Below, piece after piece: positions 37,001-49,000 of a stretch of 64,000 bases of DNA (its first letter is position 1; each line of letters opens with the position of its first letter). This DNA is from Orbicella franksi (taxonomy: Eukaryota): assembly GCA_964199315.1 (NCBI GenBank), contig OZ116701.1, positions 868,001-932,000 of the forward strand, in the 5' to 3' direction. The notes beneath the pieces were generated by a model. It was not told the DNA's origin. It saw only the letters and a program-made list of their open reading frames with translations, and ran no database searches. A program made the position numbers and the translations under genes.

Positions 37001-40000
37001 ATACAGGATTTCACATGACCGCTTTTTCTTCTCGTGTTGAAAAATATTTAAACTCATTCGCAGCGCTCAGTCGTGAAATATTTTTCAATACGAGAAGAGA
37101 AACTTCGAACCTTCGAGTAGCCATTTATAATGTAACCATAGCAACGATGATCTTTTAATGTGTGAAGACACTGTAACATGTTATTTTCGCGTGTGAAGAC
37201 ACTGTAATATGTTATTTTCGCGTGTGAAGATATCACGTTTTTGCGCGAAAGCTCGCCTAGTATTTCATTGGTGTTTATATAATAAATTACTTTCTCAGCC
37301 AATCATGTGTAGAATAGGAAACGTGATTTGCCTTGTGCCCGGCATTGGCTGCTACCGATAGGTTCATAGGTTCGAAGTCAATGGTGCATATTAAAGAAAA
37401 TGTCTGGAAATATCTAAAATGATACATGGGTTACAATAGTGAAATCCTCAGAGCAATGTCGAGAACGGCTGTGGTAAATGTACTTTGATCCATACAACTC
37501 TCAGGTCAGTTGTGAACAAACTGTTAGAACTTACCAAAGTTAAACTGCTTATGACAATCATGAACAGAATGAACCACTCGAAGTATTTATGCTCCACAAA
37601 AGTACACACATAGTAACGCAATCCATGCCAGCTTCTTCGAATACAGGACTCCTTATAATTGTCACAACAATTACTCTCACAGTAGCAGAACGCTGGGCAA
37701 CAAGGCCTCACTCCACCCGGGGGAGTAGTATCGTCGGTATCTACCGTGACAATCGTGTCACGCTTTGACTCATGACCCGGGCTGTTTGGTGGAATGCGTG
37801 ACTCTATGTCACCAAGACTGACGTCTTTGTGTGACGATCCGGTTGACATGCGCGAGTTTCCGTTGATCACCACAGGGGCTGAGCCATTGGCGACCAGATC
37901 TCCGTTACTCAAGTTGTTGTCACTAGGCTCCAGTCTGTCGTCACTCTTGACACGGTTGACGCATGGCAATCTCTTGTTTGAATCTGGAAGGTCCCGGATT
38001 CTTAATGCTGCTTCGTCCAGATCAAGGGCGGTAGTCAGTGAATGGCGGTTTTCAATGGGAAGAGAATTCACTTTGGTGTTACGTCCTACAGGTTTACCTG
38101 GAGTTTCGTCTGAGTTAAAAGGAAATCAATTCGTCAAAGTTGTTAACTCACTACCGATCTCAATACGGGAAAGCCCTCGCTAGGAATTAAAATCAATAAG
38201 TTACAATATTTAGAGAGCCGTAGATGGTTTTCACGAGGGTCCTCTTCCCAGGTCGAATCAGTTGCAATTTGTAATACTGGTTTTTCAGGAGGAGGAAACC
38301 TGGAGTATCCGGATAAAAACCCTTGGAGCAGGTACGGGAACCAACAACTCAGATATGACACCAGGGGCCCGTTTCTCGAAAGTCCCGGAAACTTTTCGGG
38401 CCCGGAAAGCCGTAGCAAAATCTCTACCCTTACTATTACAGAGCTGTTTTGTTTACATATTCTTAATATGAACAGAAGTTCCCTTCATACAAGAAGTTTC
38501 AGGCGTATACACTTCTCCGTTTTTAGATACAGATGAACTAAAAATGGCTTTACGGGCCCGGAAAGTTTCCGGGGCTTTCGAGAAACGGGCTCCTGGCCAG
38601 AATCGAACCTGGGCCACATCGATGGAAGGCGGGCTCCCCAAATATAAAGACTCTAGACATAAAAACCTGAGCGGATATTTTACAGAGTACTTGCCTCGGG
38701 TATGCCTACGTGCTGCAGATTTGTTCAAAATGGACTTGCTGAAGTTAAAGAGGCGGGCATGACTTACCAAAGTTGTACTTGAAGCCATTAGAATTATCCT
38801 GCTGTGTTTGACCGTTCGGCAGTCGGTTGACAAGTGTCATCTCGTAGCCGTTCTCTTGTTCTCCATTTTTGAGATTGTCCGACAAAGTGATTGCCGCTTC
38901 TTTCTTGGTTCCATCGTCAACTGGGCTTATCGTCCTCGAATGAGCTTCCTCGTCCGTTCCATCACCGTCTTCATCTGGTCCCACTTTACTTCGACTCCCG
39001 GAAAGATTTTTGTTTTGTCTTCCAAGCATACGAAGAATGTCTAACCGCCTCTTCCTCTCTTTTTCTTTTTTCTTCCTTTTCTTTTCTTCTTCTTTCCTTT
39101 TCTTTTCCTCTTCGTCTTCCGGCTCCTCGTCGCTGTCTGCACTGAACGAGTTCAACAACAGTGCAAGGAAAAGATTGAGAATCACAAAATTGCCGATGAC
39201 GAATGCGGGCAAGATGAGGCAGATGGCAGCGGGAGATGTTGCCCTCATTGTCCACCACAGAGGCTCGATCCATTTACCACATAATATCCTAAAAATCACC
39301 ATAAATGAGTGACCGAAATCCTTGAAATTCCACCGTGGTAGCTCGCCATTCTTAAACTTGTCCGCAGTGTAGTCTTTTTGGAAAAGCTGCATGCCGACCA
39401 CAGCAAACATGTAAACAATGATAGCGAGTATAACAGTGATGTTACCCACAGGGCCTACACTGCTCCCGATTGTGTTCAAAAGGTCACCCATTGTTTTCCA
39501 CGATTGAGCGAGCTTCAGCACACGAAGCTGTGGAACAGAAAAACAAACTAAAGCTTTAGTTTTTCCTCATTCTGTGTATTAGTTATTTGCGAAAACTTCG
39601 TCCTTCAAGATCCTATTCAGACACCGTATTGCATCTCCTATACAGTAAAAAGGATAATGTGCTTAAACGTCATTACTACAAGCTAGTTACTCTTTTGGAT
39701 GTGTTCTCAGCCTGTCAGAGAGCAACATTTCTCACGTGCATTCGAAACGATTTGGACTTTTTTGATTTCCAGGTGGAAAACGAACAAAACCAATGCCAAG
39801 AGGACGTACAGACCAGGTACCTAACACATGCATGTAAATGTCCGAGCTAAATATCAGCCAATTAACACCCGAGAAGATCAAGTAGATAATAAATGTTATC
39901 ATCAACATACCAGTCTGAAGGTTCGCAACACGCTTAATCCAGCACCACTGATGGCACCAGAGTAGGTCAGAACCATGTCTAAAACACTAAGAATTACAAT

Positions 40001-43000
40001 TGTCCCGTCAAACAGGTTCCACTTGTTTTTGCAGTACTCTTTGACGCCAAATGCGATCAGCTTCAGAATCATTTCCATAATGAATACCACGGTAAATACC
40101 TAAGAAACACATCGAGATAAAGAGTAGGCGAGTCAATAAATACAACAACACTCAAGAAATGTAACCAGACAAGCACCTTGCTACCTTTTTACAGCAGCTA
40201 CTATTGCCAAATCTTAATTTCAACGTCGACTTTCTTAATCTACCTTGATCTTTACCAATTTATGATCACCGGTTCCCTTTTGTCTTATTTCATTCTCGTA
40301 AGTGTTTTTCTACCTGTGTAAACTATTTTTTTTTAATTTTTCAAATTCGATTTCAGGGTGATTTTGCTCATCGCTAAAGATGTAACAACAACAACAACAA
40401 CTACATCCTCTATTTATTCAAGTAGATGGTACAAGAAAAGCGTTGATTGTGCCTTAGCGTTTCTAAGACAAACTAACACAATTCGTTAAACATTATTGTT
40501 CGCTGTCGAGGAAAAGGTTGTTGTTATTCATCGTGGAAGATGCAATAATAAAGTGTATCATCGTTTGTCTCACGATGTAGTCACGTGAGATGTAGATCGC
40601 GACGTTTCGACTGCTTACTGCTAGTCTTCTTCAGGCGATAAGGTCGACTGATTGCACGGTATCATCAATAGGAGGATCGAAATGCACCAATCACAGCCGA
40701 CCTTTGTGATATAAATGACACCGTGCAATCAGTCGACCTTATCGCCTGAAGAAGACTAGCAGTAAGCAGTCGAAACGTCGCGATCTACATCTCAAGTGAC
40801 TACATCGTTAGACAAACGATAATACACTTTATTATTATTGTCCGCGTTTATGGTTAATTGCAGGAGTTTGATAAATATCACTTACCAGATTACAGTACTC
40901 GAGCACCTTAGAAAAAGTCCCGTCCATTTCAAAGTGCTCCAGGGCCATTGCCAACGTATTGAACAGGATACACAAAGTAATGAGGGTCTCAAACACCGAG
41001 GAATTCACGACTCTTGACACGAAGTTTCGTGTACGCCTCCAGCAACTCGGGTTTCCTGGGACCTCGACAGTCACCTCCGTTGGTTCCTCGGGTTCTACGG
41101 GATGTTCAGATTCTTCCGGGTGAGCTGCTATGTAAGCCTCGCGCTCCTCAATTCGTTGTGTATCTTCTTGGTACAATGGTTCTGGGTCCATTTGTCCGTC
41201 AAACGAATAAGTGGAGGCGGATCGTTTGAGTTTGGCAAACGTTTGCGCCTAAAGGAACAAAGACAAGAGTGCACGAGATCAGCTAGCAAGTCAGAGGGAT
41301 GATATTTGATGAGACTTCGTCAAAGGTCAGAATCTGTCGACAGTTAGAAATGTAGTCGATTATCTGTTATCAGTAATGATGTTTGATACGTAAGACTTTC
41401 CGACCATTTGGTTCGTGGTGGTGTATCTAATCCCATCTGAAAACTCGTTGAACCTCATTCAAACCTTCACTCGCAAATATGGCTGAGTTAATAATTGCAA
41501 AACTAACAGTACAACATGAAAGTACTGCTGAATTACTTCCAAAATAATGGCCACAAACTAAGGTATCACCACAGACTTGAGAGTGTGTACGTCTGTAAAT
41601 GAAACCCTGATGCGGTGTGAGCAGTACTTTCATGTGGACTCTTAATTATGCTGTACAAGGTGGTTCTAACTTTTGAGTCTGTGGATGAAACCCTACTATG
41701 TGACGATTTAAATGAAAGCTATGGAGCAGTACTTTCATGTGGAACTGTTTATTATGCTGTACAAGGTGGTTCTAACTTTTAAGTCTGTGGATGAAACCCT
41801 ACGGTGTGACCATTCAAATGAAAGCTATGGAGCAGTACTTTCATGTGGAACTGTTTATTATACTGTACAAGGTGGTTCTAACTTTTAAGTCTGCAGATGA
41901 AACCCTACTGTGAGACGATTTGACTGGAAGATATTGAGCAGCACTTTCAAGTGGTAGTGGAAGTGCTGTTAGTAACGCTACCTAAAACTAAGGTTTCATC
42001 CACAAAATTAACAGTAAGAATAAACTTGCACAGCATAGTAAACAGTACTACGTGAAAATACTGTTGAAAAGCGTTGGTTTTAATGAATACACCCCAGAGT
42101 TTCAAAACCCAACTTAAAGTTAGAACCTCTAAACACGCATTTGCTACGGCCTACATTCGCGTACGGCATTGATTTCTTTAGATAAAGATTTTCTGTACTC
42201 AAATCTGGAGCTTTCAGTGATATAAACAAAATGTCCATGGAGCGAAGAATCTCACTCACCCGAAGAACTTGATCCTGCAATGCTGCAGTTTCTTGTTCGT
42301 ACGAAAGCGACACGACAGCCAAGACAAGATTGATCAAGTAGAAAGGACCCAGGAAGATCACAAACAGGAAATAAAATACGTACCACGGTCCTTTGGTAGC
42401 AATCACCTGCATGGAAAGAATCCACATCAACTGAGAAAACTTGGCCGGAAAGTGAACAAATGAATGTCACTTCGAGAAAGCAAGACAGCCTTAGAACTTA
42501 GTTGATGGCATGGCCTCATATTCAGATACGTATCGCTCGTCACACAGTTCACTAAATCTATACATATCTAAAGTGCGTACCAATTCTGGTAAACAAACAA
42601 TTGCTTATACAGCGACTATTATCTGGGACAATATCCCTACTCATCTTTAAGATCTCAATACCTTCAACTTCTCGAAACATCTGAAACTTTATTTACTGTC
42701 TGAACAACATTCTGAAAACAAGTAATATTCCTATATGCTCTTTATTTCCAATTTTATGTACATATCTCATTCTCTTAATAGCTTTTTTTCTCTTAAATCT
42801 CCATAGAAACATAATAACTGGAGGCTGACTAGAAAACCCTTGGTTACTTCAGTCTCCAGACTCATATAGTACACATTTTTCTTTGTCTTTACATTTCACT
42901 GATATAAAAAAAAACTGTAAATGTTCGACTAAATAAAGTTATTGTTGTTGTTGTTAAAACTCTACTCACGCTGTTGTAAATGCTTTCCCAGTAATCCATT

Positions 43001-46000
43001 GTGACTAGTTGTAGAGAGGTTAAAAGCGACCAACCAAAGTTATCGTAGCTAATGTACTCAGATATAGGATTTGGTCCCGTATTCGGCATACACGTGTAGT
43101 TAATGGGACATTCACTTTAAAAAAACACACAGGAAGAACGTTAGGAGCTGGAAAATCGTGAAAACATGAACTGGCCGACTTAGCAAGAAGTTTAATCAAC
43201 ACATGGATCGAAACTTACAAGGCGACGGAAGAGTTTCCACACAAAACAGCCATGTTATCGCCCGCGAAAATATAGTGATTACCTGAATAATAAACACACG
43301 CATTGTCATATTGTCAATAATCATACTGAACATACAGCGAGCGAGATGCGCTTTCGACACCAAGGTGGGAAAACCAGAAATATCAGTATAAATTTCTTAA
43401 CTACTCAGTCTGAGTAAAGGAAAATCTTTATTCGCGGGCCCAATTCTTTGCCCGCTCGAGAGATGTCAGAGACTGGACCCAAAAACTTCCATACTAATGA
43501 GGATGTTCAGATTCGTATCTCTGATTGGTTGTTTCTCGCGCGTCAAAATTCAAAACCGAGCAACAACCAATCAGAACAATACACAGAACTTATAGTGACG
43601 TTATCAGTATGGAATTTTTCAGGTCAAATCTTATCTCTCCAAAGATACGTCTGTTTACCGACTCAGGCAACAAGTAATTCGTAAGAGTAATTAGACTGAG
43701 TAGAGTACATAAAATTCGGGGAATAATCCTGCGAGTAATTTAAAAATGGGACGAGCGCGCAGCGCAAGACCGAATTAAAATTACGAGCACGAAAAATAGG
43801 CGCGCAGAGAACCAATCACGATGGAGATTGGTTAAGGATTAAGGATACGATTTAAGAGATAATCGTTTACTTACTTTCATTCTGCAAGTACGCACTGAAA
43901 GCTTCTTGATCTTGTGGCCATCCATTGGGATGATTACGAACACATTTATGCTGCATTACGCCAACGAAAAGTTGAAGGCCAATAAGTGCAAATACACATA
44001 AAAAGAAAGTTGTAAGTATAAGAACATCAGAGAGCATTCTGATAGATTTCAACAGCGTATTAACCATGGCTTTTAAACCTGCAATACCAAAAAGAAATAC
44101 TGATTTTAATCTCAGTACAAAAACATACTAACCAAATCAATTTTATCAAGGGCTCAAAAGCTATTAAGGGCGCTTTCCATTCAAACAAAAAGTCCGGAAC
44201 TTTCGAAACGGGAGCAAATGAAACCAAAATATCCTTGGAAAACCTCCAAAAAATCAGATAATTTTCACATTTCCAAAATGCGAACCATTCAAACAAAAAT
44301 TTCGGAGACTCTGAGAGGAAAATAAATTGGAACGAAATTAAGAACCCGTAAGACATTTTAGGACATTTGGATTTATCTTGCCAGGTTATCCTAATGGAAA
44401 TTGCCAGAAATGCAAACCGGCAGTTTTGGTCGAATGGAAAGCACCCCAACTGAAACAGGTGGTGCGCTAAATCTGTTTACCTTTAACTGCTGATATGGTC
44501 CTCAAAGCTCTAAGAACTCTGAAAGTTCGAATTCCCGATAAATTTTCTACGCCAGGAAGCATTGTTATATAACTGCAAGAAAAGGAAAGTGACATTTAGC
44601 TATGCTTCCATCACCTTCGCGTGCTATTGGAGACGGGAAATTAAACATTTTCCTTTCATTGATTTATCACACATTTTCCACCACTTCTTAATTTTGATTG
44701 ACTAAATACACCAGCAACCGCCTGAAATAAGAGACTCCTTCCACCATATGTAAAGTTAAATAATTGGGATGGGCAGTTTGGAGAAATCAAGCGAGAGTAC
44801 CCCACGCCGTCCTTGTCAAGGCAGTATAACAGACATTTAAGTCACCAAGCGATCATAAGTATCCGTGACGTTGGAATCTTCTCATGTACTAACATCACGG
44901 ATATCTGATTCCTTTTTCGTAGCTGAGGCAGCTTTGCACGTAAATCTTAACCCCATAAATAATACACAAAACTCAAAATTGCTTTGCTTTTAATACTATT
45001 ACGACCGAAATAAACCAAAGGTTAAAATTCCAAAAATAGAGTGCTTTGACAGCAGGACCTTCAAGACAAGGAGTGGTCAATTGAGATAATTTTAACTCAC
45101 CTACTAACGAAAGATTTTGAAGATACCAAATCAAAATTTATTGGTGATGTAATTATCAATCCCACACTAATACCATTAAGCTCTGTTTTGATGACACAGC
45201 TCAACGACGGTTTGTAATCCGGCCAGTACATTGCGAAATCGTGCAATAACAGTAGCAGATAACCGCACTTAACTCACCCTAAAACTACTACTAAAAAGTC
45301 TAACCAATTCCAAGCATTTCTAAGATAAGCATATTTGTGGAGCGCAAATCCACGACCTATGATCTTGAGGAACATTTCAAGTGTATAAATGGCTGCGAAC
45401 ACAAATCTGTGGGATAGAATAGATACAATGCACGGTATTAGTCACGTATAGACTCTTGAGTTAATAATTTAATAAGTGAATGAGGTGAATCTTAGAAAGG
45501 GAAAATCAATATCAGTTGGTGTAAAGAGACAAGATAGAGAAGATTCTGAGTTTGATTATATTTAACTCTTCCGACTTTAGACGGACAACTTATAGACCCA
45601 GGAAGATATATCAGTCTGGTCAGGATAACCTTTAACGGTTAGATGGAAATGAAATAATGATGCTTTGTAGGAGTTATCGGAAATGGGTGCGATAATGATC
45701 CACATCGAACGAAATCCGAGTATTACAAGATTATGTAAGAGTTAATAAACGATCTATTGACACAAAAGTCACCAAAGTTGACTAAAATGTCTTTAAAACC
45801 CGATGATAGCCTTCACTACTACAGAAAGAATGATAACTATAAATGACCAAAGATGACTAAAGAACAAAGATGGGGAAGAATGCCTCGGTTTAAGAACAAA
45901 GCAACTCATGTTCTCGGACAATTGAAGCCCTTAATATTTCAAGATGTACCATCATTTCCAGCAAGGCATTAAACGATTAACATCACAGGTTACAAGTGGC

Positions 46001-49000
46001 GAGCAACGACCGTTCCAGTTTCGAGATCCAACTAGTAATTCTCATTACTGATCGTCACATATTTCTTTAGTTTTTAGTTCTGAGAATTGGGGGTTACACC
46101 AAGACAATATCCGCAGTAAAGACTGGACCACCTGTCAGCTGGAGAATGCATTCATATTTTGAGGAAAAATTAGATGTTCATGACTTTTTGCAGTTAATGA
46201 GTTCAATACAATCAATTCGTTTTGACTAGACGTCTATCAAATTGGTGTTAAAAAAGACAAACACAACGTCGTTTCCATGGAAACAACCGCCTACGTAATC
46301 TCAAAAAGATTAACATTACGCGTCAGTCGTGATAACATAGCAATTTATGACACGAACAAAGCCAATTCTGCTAAAACTGTCGGTTAGCGACAATCAGTAC
46401 ACACATAAACAAATATTTCTCTGGAAATTGAAACAAAATTAAACAAAAAAGTCGGCAATGCAGTACCACAACCACATTGGTGAATTGGTTGATTGGTGAG
46501 TGGCATGGCCAAAATTTCACTTTACATCTGGATCGCGGTACACAGCGGTCAAATTCGAAAACTCATCAGGGAGATAATTCAGTCTTACGATTCAAAAGAA
46601 AAAAAATGACAAAAATACCAAGATAACCTTGACAGTTTAAGTAAGTTGTTAAGAAATCCAGATTTTTCGATTAATTTCACATGGTGTTCATAGCACGAGA
46701 ACAATATCGATTTGACCATCAAAAGTTGCCGAATTTATTTCAAGTGCTGCACTTATTGCTAATGACCACGAAAAGATAATTAAATAGCTCTGGTTTACTG
46801 GCAGATAAAATGAGAACGCAAGGAGAACTCGTCTGCTTCATAACTTACATATTTGAACATGCCATATAGGCTCAAAATTTATCATTTGTTCAGCGGTAAC
46901 GTCGAGAGAGGTCTAAAGTTTTATTAGTAACTGAAGAAGATTCTTTACAAGTTGATCCACAATTAATTCTGGCCGGCGCCTGGTTGTCTCTTTTACAAGT
47001 TATTCGCTTCACAAAACAAAAGCTGGATTCTACGAAAAACCACTATATTTGTCTTGCTACGTCAGTGTCCACTGCCAGTAAGGAACTCCAGACAAAATCA
47101 CGGAACTCGTCAACCAATAGACTGACATTCAGAGCGATAAGAGTGAAGCCAAAACAGCTTAGACACATAAAATAGGGCCACTTTTAACAATCTGCCAGAC
47201 AAGCTGACTCGCTTGCTTCACTGCCCAGCCAAGCGAGTCATCATTACATCAACCGAAGACATAATCATGTTATTTACTCCTCGTTCAATAAATCCCCTGC
47301 CAAAACAAACGAATTGCCATATACTTCTCTTCTCTTTATTTTTAAAAGCGACCCTGCCTGTGTATTTGCTCTACCAAAACTTATGACGAAGTCGTGGAAA
47401 AACAGATATAATCTCAAAAGAAAAGTGGTTTTTTAGTCTTTTTTTCTAATTGAATATACAAAATTAGGGGTTGTTTGCAGAGCATCTAAACCTTTTATTT
47501 GCTCTACACATTTCTTACAGCGTTCGCGGGTCGGATTCTAGGGGACTGAGGAAAGAGACCCCCCCCCCCCCCCCCTTCGAGAAAGTGCACCCGCCATGCA
47601 AAAGATAACCGAAAAAGAGAGGAAGGGAGGGAGGGAGGGAGGGGGGGGGAGGGGGTAGAGAGAGGGAAAGGAAAAAATACTCACTCTGCCTCTTCTGGTG
47701 GATTGCTCATAGCCAGGAATACACAGTTTGTTAAAATTGTCAGTAGAATAATAAGTTCAAAATATGTGCGCTATGGTCAAGGAATCAAACAGCACAAGGT
47801 GACCAGCAAATAACTCACAAAAATACACAAAAAACGTTCAAACTAGAGTGACCTTAGGTGTATTAAGTTTGACCCATTTCCCCACATTTTACAACCAACC
47901 AACCTGGCAAATGTTGCGCCATGGTAAAGGTTTTGGTCACTCTCTTGTCACGCCGTCTTATAAACGGAAGGTCACGCGAGTTTTTTTTTTCAGTGGACAG
48001 TTCCTTTTTTCAGAACAAGATTGTCTGTACATGTGGTACTGATCTTTCAAGTATTTGAGGTTGACACTGTAATACACAAGACAAGACGGGTTTGCAAAAA
48101 ACAAAACAACAAAAAGAAAAACAGGTGTATGAGAAATTTAGTCACATGAACACGACAAACGCACAAAAACAAACAAACAAACAAACAAACAACTAAAATA
48201 GAGCAGGACGGACCCAAACGCGCTAAACACCAGCAGTTTTTTCTGCGTATAACGTAATTAATGTAATAACTGTCTATAAACTAGTCTGTAATAAAGGATA
48301 TTGATGTGTTATTAGAAAAAGTACAAATCTTCGAATCCTGTTCCTAGGACTGAAGAGATAAAGGGAATCGGAGGCGTGGAAGCGGTACACATACTGTTTA
48401 CCAAACTTGTTCGCAACGATGAGAAAAGTCTGAAAACAGAAACAAGAAAAAACATCACATAAATAAAATCAATTACCTACACAAGCGATATTTATATTTA
48501 GCTCGATAAAAATAATACATATTCACCGAATCAGAAACAGTTTTACGAGGTAATGACAATTTATCTCGCCGAAAACACAATAATTTACGCCTTCAGGGAA
48601 GTAATAAAATCTACCTTCCGTTTTCAATGCGGTCAAAAGTTTGAATATATATCCGGCAAAATCAATCTTATTTTGGAACACGCAAGTCCTGTTAAGGATA
48701 GGTTTTCAAGGCGATATTTTTACACTGAATGAAAATAGTCTAGACGAACAAATTTGGTGGAAGACAACCAAATGAGTTGATATCACTGCCATGGGCGCAA
48801 CATGGGCACAAGCGAATATCGGAAAGGACTTATTCAACAAAAGAATAAATACATCACGGTTATTGCTTTGTTAGACGATAAGTCTTTATTTTAATCCTTC
48901 TCAAAAGCCTGTAAATTGCTTAAACGAAAAGTACGCTTTTCTTTGCCGTAATGAACACAAATATACTGTCATGGTGTACAAACAGAAGCACGGAAATTTA

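Larger units (their letters stand above)
40544..40836. mobile_element. Foldback element: two 122-bp inverted arms (4 mismatches) and a 49-bp spacer; each arm has a hammerhead ribozyme core
   Basis: Arms 40544-40665 and 40715-40836 are reverse complements. Confidence 0.9.

Noticed and set aside
38808-39312. Plus-strand ORFs of 78-129 aa (also 37794-38183, 35487-35861, 31462-31899, 8983-9414)
   Set aside because: They are antisense shadows of channel exons or the LINE, with no independent motifs.
41600-41955. CRISPR-like array
   Set aside because: Whole 106-bp units repeat with no unique spacers, the context is eukaryotic, and there are no cas genes.
44573-45277. Duplicated mutually exclusive S3-S4 exon like vertebrate 5N/5A
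   Set aside because: I found no second 92-nt S4-encoding copy next to exon 5 in either gene.
47559-47655. Functional G-quadruplex from the C17 and G-rich runs next to exon 3
   Set aside because: They resemble homopolymer remnants of dispersed repeats (compare 25064-25087); there is no further support.
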